DNA from: Octopus vulgaris
Taxonomy: Eukaryota
DNA length: 64,000 nucleotides
Assembly (NCBI GenBank): GCA_951406725.2
Contig: OX597814.1
Location: 219,914,001 to 219,978,000, forward strand
Direction of reading: 5' to 3'
The translations under genes were made by a program, and so were the position numbers. Numbering within the stretch: the stretch's first letter is position 1; each line of letters starts with the position of its first letter. The notes beneath the pieces are model-generated. The model did no database searches and was not told the origin of the DNA. It saw only the letters and a list, made by a program, of their open reading frames with translations. Positions 57,880-64,000 of this stretch are shown here, one piece after another.

Positions 57880-58966
57880 AGTTCGTCTGTAGTTCCCTAC
57901 AAGATGGTAGGAATGCCACTGAGCATTTTTTGTTTGGTGCAGCAATGATCCTGCCAGCTTGCCGCCTTAAAATAGCACACTACTATTACTTTTGCATTCT
58001 TTCAAACAACTCTTTTGGTTAACATTGCTTGGAAGTTATTTTACTGACATTTAAAACTTTAGATATACTTATAACTTTCATTCATAAATAATATGTTATG
58101 AATTTTAACTTCAAGATTAATTATTCTGTTAGGTGATATTTTATTGCTAATAAAAACATGTATTATATATTTAAATCCTTTGAAATTTTATTAAGCACTG
58201 TTCATGAAGTGCAAAATAATTGATTTACGAATCTGAATCACTATAAGTTTCCTCTTTGGAATCATCTCTGTTGTCCTCTTTTTCAATTTTTAATAAATCT
58301 TTTCATTCTCTGCATTTGAAATCCCACATTTTCTTGTAATGGTTTTTACTACAGTTTTTTTTAGAAACAATGTAGCAAGATTTTGTCACATCCCCACATA
58401 ACTCAGCCAATCAGCAGTAAAGTATGTACATCATCACTCTTTATGAATGACTTTTTTTCCATCAACTAGCCATCTATTTGTTCCTCTCTGAATCATCATC
58501 ATCATCATCATCATCATCGTTTAACGTCCGTTTTCCGCGCTAGCATGGGTTGGACGGTTCGACCGGGATCTGGGAAGCCGGGGGCTGCACCAGGCTCCAG
58601 TCTGATCTGGCAGAGTTTCTACAGCTGGATGCCCTTCCTAATGTCAACCACTCTGCGAGTGTAGTGGGTGCTTTGGTTATCTTTAATGTCTGTACAGAAT
58701 ACTACCGCAAAACATGGCCATACAGTACACCTTCAAATTACCCAAATAAACTGTATTCATTGTCCTAGATTTATTTTACTAGTGACTTTGGTATACATAC
58801 CTTCTAAAAGTATATCTCATTCAGCTTGTTTTCACTAAGGCTGGTCACAGCAGTCATGAGTCAGCCACTAATTTCAGATTTAAGAAAAACCAAAATAACC
58901 TTCTCCTGATTCAGTCTCCTAAATAGCTACGTTTTGGCTGGACCATTTCGTCTTAAATATATAGAT

Positions 58967-59466
58967 TTAACCCTTTAGTGTTCAGATTACTCTGTTATAC
59001 GTTATACGTTATATGGGGTAGAAAGGGCTCCTTAGCCGTAGTGAAGGCAATCTATCTAGGGAGATAACCTTACAATAAATCACTGGGTCCGTAGCTTAGA
59101 AATACTGGGTTGACGTCCAGCGGGAACAGCTTTGTTTCATGGAGGAGGAAAGATCTTCTTTAGTACTTGGTTGTACAATGCTTTCCAATGTGTGTAGTAG
59201 TGGCGCACACACACATTATTAGCCATTTGAAAAGACTATGAAAGTCTCGACCACGGTCGAACAATGATGATGATGATGATGATACGTTATACTTTTTCAC
59301 TCAGTGTTTTCAATTAGTCATGCATTATCTTATAGCTTTGAGGTTTCAATGATGTGATTGTTAATTTTTAGAATGTCAATATAGGTTAGGTGTGAGAGGC
59401 TAGAAATGGCCAGTTTGAATGTAAAACATGTAGAATATTTGGCCGGTTTAAACACTAAAGGGTTAA
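58967..59466 (-). mobile_element. piggyBac-like MITE with a retroposed insert at 59014-59281
   Basis: TTAA|CCCTTTAG...CTAAAGGG|TTAA; insert has a (GAT)n tail and TSD atacgttata. Confidence 0.82.
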
Positions 59467-59934
59467 TGAAGGTAAACTGTGATATTGTCCATCCACCTTT
59501 TCATCTGCTACCCTCCTTCAACTTGTTGTAACATCCATTCATTTGTTCGATGATCCGTGTGATTAGTAATATACTCTCCTATACTCTCACCTTTCAAACA
59601 CATTGATTATGTTCTCTTTGAATTCCTTCAGAGTCCATACTTTGCAAACATAAATGCCTATTGGCCAAACGAATCCTAGCACTTCTGCTGCTCCAGATGT
59701 TATTAAACTTTTTCATATGCTATGGCTTGCCATGTCCGAATGAATGGACAATATCATTAGTTGGTTGGACAAGAGTGACAAGGCAGCTGGAGAATTCGTG
59801 CTTTATCAAGAAGACTTTCATAGAAGTGTCAGCAACATACTGCATGCATACAATACATAACGATGAATTTGTGATGCAACTGAATAACATTCTCAGCAAG
59901 GGATCCCCTACTATCTGAGGAACGGAAGGATATT

Positions 59935-60375
59935 TTAACCCTTTCATTACCAACCCGGCTCTGGCTCTGAGTACAAATGTCTTGTTTCCATAAGTTTTGA
60001 ATTAAAATCTTCCACCAAACCTTAGTCACAATTAACCCTTTAGTATTTAAACCGGCCATAATCGGCCAAAATATTTAATCTGTTTTATGTTCAAACTGAC
60101 CAGATCCAGGCCCTCACACCTACCCTACAATGTTATTCTACATTAAGTAATTACACCATCAAGATCTTGAAGATATGAGATAATGCATGATTAATTCAAA
60201 TCAATGGGAATCAATAAGCATTATGTTTGATAGAATAATCTGAACACTAAAGGGTTAATGTTCCTAACACTAGCTGAATGATAACTAAGTTATTTCACTA
60301 AATTCTTTATTATATTTAAAATTAATTGAAAGAAACAGAGAGCATCTCAAAATAAATACAATACCAAAAGGGTTA
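59935..60375. mobile_element. piggyBac-like MITE with a second MITE (60032-60258) nested at TTAA
   Basis: Outer ttaacccttt/aaagggtta; inner TTAA|CCCTTTAG..CTAAAGGG|TTAA. Confidence 0.8.
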
Positions 60376-60829
60376 GGCTAGGTCCTTTATACATTATGTT
60401 TGATATAAAAAATAGGATGGTCACAGTAGAAATGCTTTTGGTTATTTGTCTGGTCAATCAAAGCTGATCTGCTGCTAAGCAACAGGTTTTACACTGATTT
60501 GAATCAAGAAGAAAGTAACTAATTAGGGAAAAGGGTTAATTAGTGGAATGGAATGTTGTTACAATCTTGAGCTGATTATTGTTATTATTTTTTTCTTTTT
60601 TCTTGTGAGTCAGTCTGTTATCGATCCATCTACCACAAAAACAAAATTGACCGCTTCCTTTATTTTCACACAAGTTACAGATATTGTTAAAAGCATTCGG
60701 TTGAAATCAGTCCGACCATAATACTGGCGAATGAGTAATTGTTGGGGGAACCAGTATGATATCTTTAAGCTAACTGGCATAGTGCTATGGCTCAGATTAT
60801 TCCAGTCACACTACTTTGTACATTGTATA

Positions 60830-61047
60830 CTCTCTTTTTACTCTCTCTTTTACTTGTTTCAGTCATTTGACTGCGGCCATGCTGGAGCACCGCCTTTAGT
60901 CGAGCAAATCGACCCCAGGACTTATTCTTTGTAAGTCCAGTACTTATTCTATCGGTCTCTTTTTTGCAGAACCGCTAAGTGACGGGGACGTAAACACACC
61001 AGCATCGGTTGTCAAGCAATGCTAGGGGGACAAACACAGACACACAA

Positions 61048-61112
<65 letters not shown>

Positions 61113-61278
61113 TACGACAGGCTTCTTTCAGTTTCCGTCTACCAAATCCACTCACAAGGCATTGGTCACCCCGGGGCTATAGCAGAAGACACTTGCCCAA
61201 GATGCCACGCAGTGGGACTGAACCCGGAACCATGTGGTTGGTAAGCAAGCTACTTACCACACAGCCACTCCTGCGCCT
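60830..61278 (-). mobile_element. SINE family A with 8-bp TSD
   Basis: TSD attgtata at 60822-60829 and 61279-61286. Confidence 0.9.
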
Positions 61279-61759
61279 ATTGTATATAAATCATTTCATT
61301 TTCATCATGCTTTTTTTCTCTTAGTTAATTTTTCTTACTTAACTCAAAGTGTTACTATTATCTGTATAACTGCAGCAATAAGAAACATGGCTGACCTAGA
61401 AGTGTAAGAGTATGAATAATGCCAATTGCTCTGTAAACACAACCAGAGTATCGGTTGTGGTGCTCCATAAATACAGCCACTAATTTAGTTAAGAATAACA
61501 CTGTGTAACACGATCTTTGTCTTTGGGAAGCAACTGTGATTTCCTATTTGCTTACCCCTAGAACCTATGAAAATTGGATAATATTTCCTTCAAATATTGC
61601 TTTTGTTACATTTATTCAAACCCCAAAGAATCCCTCTCGATACATGGCTGTGATGTTCCCCCGCTACTTTTGCTCATGGTCAGAGATGTATATATTGTCA
61701 GCCACTAAAGGACATGCTCAAGTGGATAAGGTCAAACAAATGACAAGCAAATCTGTGGT

Positions 61760-61982
61760 TGCAGAAACGTTAGCACGCCAGGCGATATGCTTTGCGGTAT
61801 TTCGTCTGCCGTTACGTTCTGAGTTCAAATTCCGCCGAGGTCGACTTTGCCTTTCATCCTTTCGGGGTCGATAAATTAAGTACCAGTTACTCACTGGAGT
61901 CGATGTAATCGACTTAATACCTATGTCTGTCCTTGTTTGTCCCTTCTGTGTTTAGTCCCTTGTGGGTAATAAAGAAATAGGT
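61760..61982 (+). mobile_element. SINE family B
   Basis: Near-identical to 34267-34497. Confidence 0.88.
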
Positions 61983-63380
61983 ATTCAGCAGAATATTTGT
62001 TATAATGATGTTCCTGTTTCCACAACTCAGCACTGAATTTGTCTGAAATGTAATAGAAAATAGATTGGTTTCAAAAGATTGATGTCCAGATCACAAAAGC
62101 AAAGTTTGAAGGGAGTAGTAGTTATTTCCTTTGATTTCTAGATAGAAACAAATAGGACACAACACTGACCAAAGAAGCAAAAATTCAAATTTTGTTTCAA
62201 AATGTAATTAATCCAGACTAATATTGCTTTTGTTACATTTATAACCCTCCCCCAAAATTTCAGGCCTTGTGCCTATAGCAGAAAAGATTATTATTATTAT
62301 TATTGAGTAGAGAGAATCGTTAGCGCATCAGAAAAATGCCTTGCGGTAATTCTTTCAACTCTTTACATTCTGAGTTCAAATCCTGTCAAAATCAACATTG
62401 CTGTTCGCCCTTTTGTGGTTGATATATCTAACCCCTCCCCTCAAAACTGCTAACCATATGCCCTAAATTAGAAATTAATGATATGCTGGATCAAGCCAGT
62501 TGAATGTTTATTATACAATAATAACTTCAGATACCTGAGCTGTATTACAGAAAAAGCATTTAAATAAATCTAGGTGCCCCAGCATGGCCACAGCTCATAA
62601 GCTGAAACTAGAATCAATCAATCAATCAAACAATATAAAAAAGGAAAGAAACAAAGACAAATTTTTAGATTTGCGTTCTTGCCCCACCCACATAGACACA
62701 CACCATTTAACTACATCATAACTCTTTGTTATGTAGCAGCTACAGAAGTAACTATTTCTACTCTTCCTTTATGTTTTTTTAAAATCCGGAAGCAGATGGT
62801 TTCCTGTCTTACTCTGACAAATCAGGCTCTGTTGAACCTGAATGTAGCAGATGTTGTAATTGTCTTGATTTTACTTCACTTCTCTTTTCCTGGATAGAAC
62901 GTAAATACAAGAATGTATTTAGGAAATAAACAAAGAAATGTTTATTAATTCTGTTTGTATAAGCTAATCAAATAAGCTTGGCCGACAGATGTCCAATCTG
63001 AATTATCAAATCAATTCAATTTTACCAGTGAATAAAAGTGAGCAGTGAGAGTGTTCCAGGAGGCTTCATCACTGAGATGAAAGAATTAGATGATCATGAA
63101 GTGGGGAGTAGTACGCAGTTAGAGAAGCACAAAGGTGGCTATGGGGTTGGGGATGTGCAACTATTTACTTCAGCCAAACTGGAGCTGTTCTTGTAGTAAA
63201 AATGGAAAAGAAACAGTATGTCTATGGGATAGTGATTGAACCCGGCTGGTGATTTAATTGTTGCCAATCAGTCGAACAATCATCCTTCTTCGATCAGAGA
63301 TGCTGGCATGTTTGCAGCTACGATGGAAACACCACAGCCCCATCAACATGAGCAGCGAACTGAAAAATTTTTTTTATAAG

Positions 63381-64000
63381 CACCATCCGATCGTGGCCGT
63401 TTGCCAGCCTCATCTGGCACCTGTGTCGGTGGCACATAAAAACACCATCCGAGCGTGGCCGTCTGCCAGCCTCGTCTGGCACCTGTGTCGGTGGCACATA
63501 AAAAACACCATCCGAGCGTGGCCGTTTGCCAGCCTCATCTGGCACCTGTGTCGGTGGCACATAAAAACACCATCCGAGCGTGGCCGTCTGCCAGCCTCGT
63601 CTGGCACCTGTGTCGGTGGCACATAAAAAACACCATCCGAGCGTGGCCGTTTGCCAGCCTCATCTGGCACCTGTGTCGGTGGCACATAAAAACACCATCC
63701 GAGCGTGGCCGTCTGCCAGCCTCGTCTGGCACCTGTGTCGGTGGCACATAAAAAACACCATCCGAGCGTGGCCGTTTGCCAGCCTCATCTGGCACCTGTG
63801 TCGGTGGCACATAAAAACACCATCCGAGCGTGGCCGTTTGCCAGCCTCGTCTGGCACCTGTGTCGGTGGCACATAAAAACACCATCCGAGCGTGGCCGTC
63901 TGCCAGCCTCATCTGGCACCTGTGTCGGTGGCACATAAAAACACCATCCGAGCGTGGCCGTCTGCCAGCTCTGTCTGGCTCTGTGTCGGAGGCACGTAAA
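63381..64000. repeat. 62/63-bp tandem satellite (~10 units) with a 125-bp higher-order dimer
   Basis: caccatccgagcgtggccgt(t/c)tgccagcctc(a/g)tctggcacctgtgtcggtggcacataaaaa repeated. Confidence 0.95.

Noticed and set aside
59470-59920. RTE-like RT C-terminal traces (also EN-like traces at 63060-63380)
   Set aside because: Only scattered motif resemblance; boundaries not supportable
63381-64000. CRISPR-like regular array and its ORFs
   Set aside because: No unique spacers; it is a tandem satellite in eukaryotic DNA

Overview
Eukaryotic, AT-rich DNA made almost entirely of repeats, with no host gene I can support. The SINE and microsatellite content suggests an octopod cephalopod (inference). 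The window holds several CR1-group LINEs (two essentially full length), a Tx1/L1-type LINE with a 16-bp TSD, a Penelope-like element (RT + GIY-YIG), Gypsy, hAT, Tc1/mariner, Tigger and piggyBac remnants or MITEs, five Helitrons, two tRNA-derived SINE families and a 62/63-bp satellite. Many inserts sit inside (TA)n. Three signals stand out. (1) At least six unrelated type I hammerhead ribozyme families, plus degenerate ones, have palindromic stem III and lie in fold-back, Penelope-pLTR/retrozyme-like units. (2) Three LINE copies have an ORF1 starting with a Myb/SANT-like (trihelix) motif. (3) Correctly phased -1 slippery heptamers sit at the ORF1/ORF2 junction of four LINE copies. All folding and alignment was done by eye.
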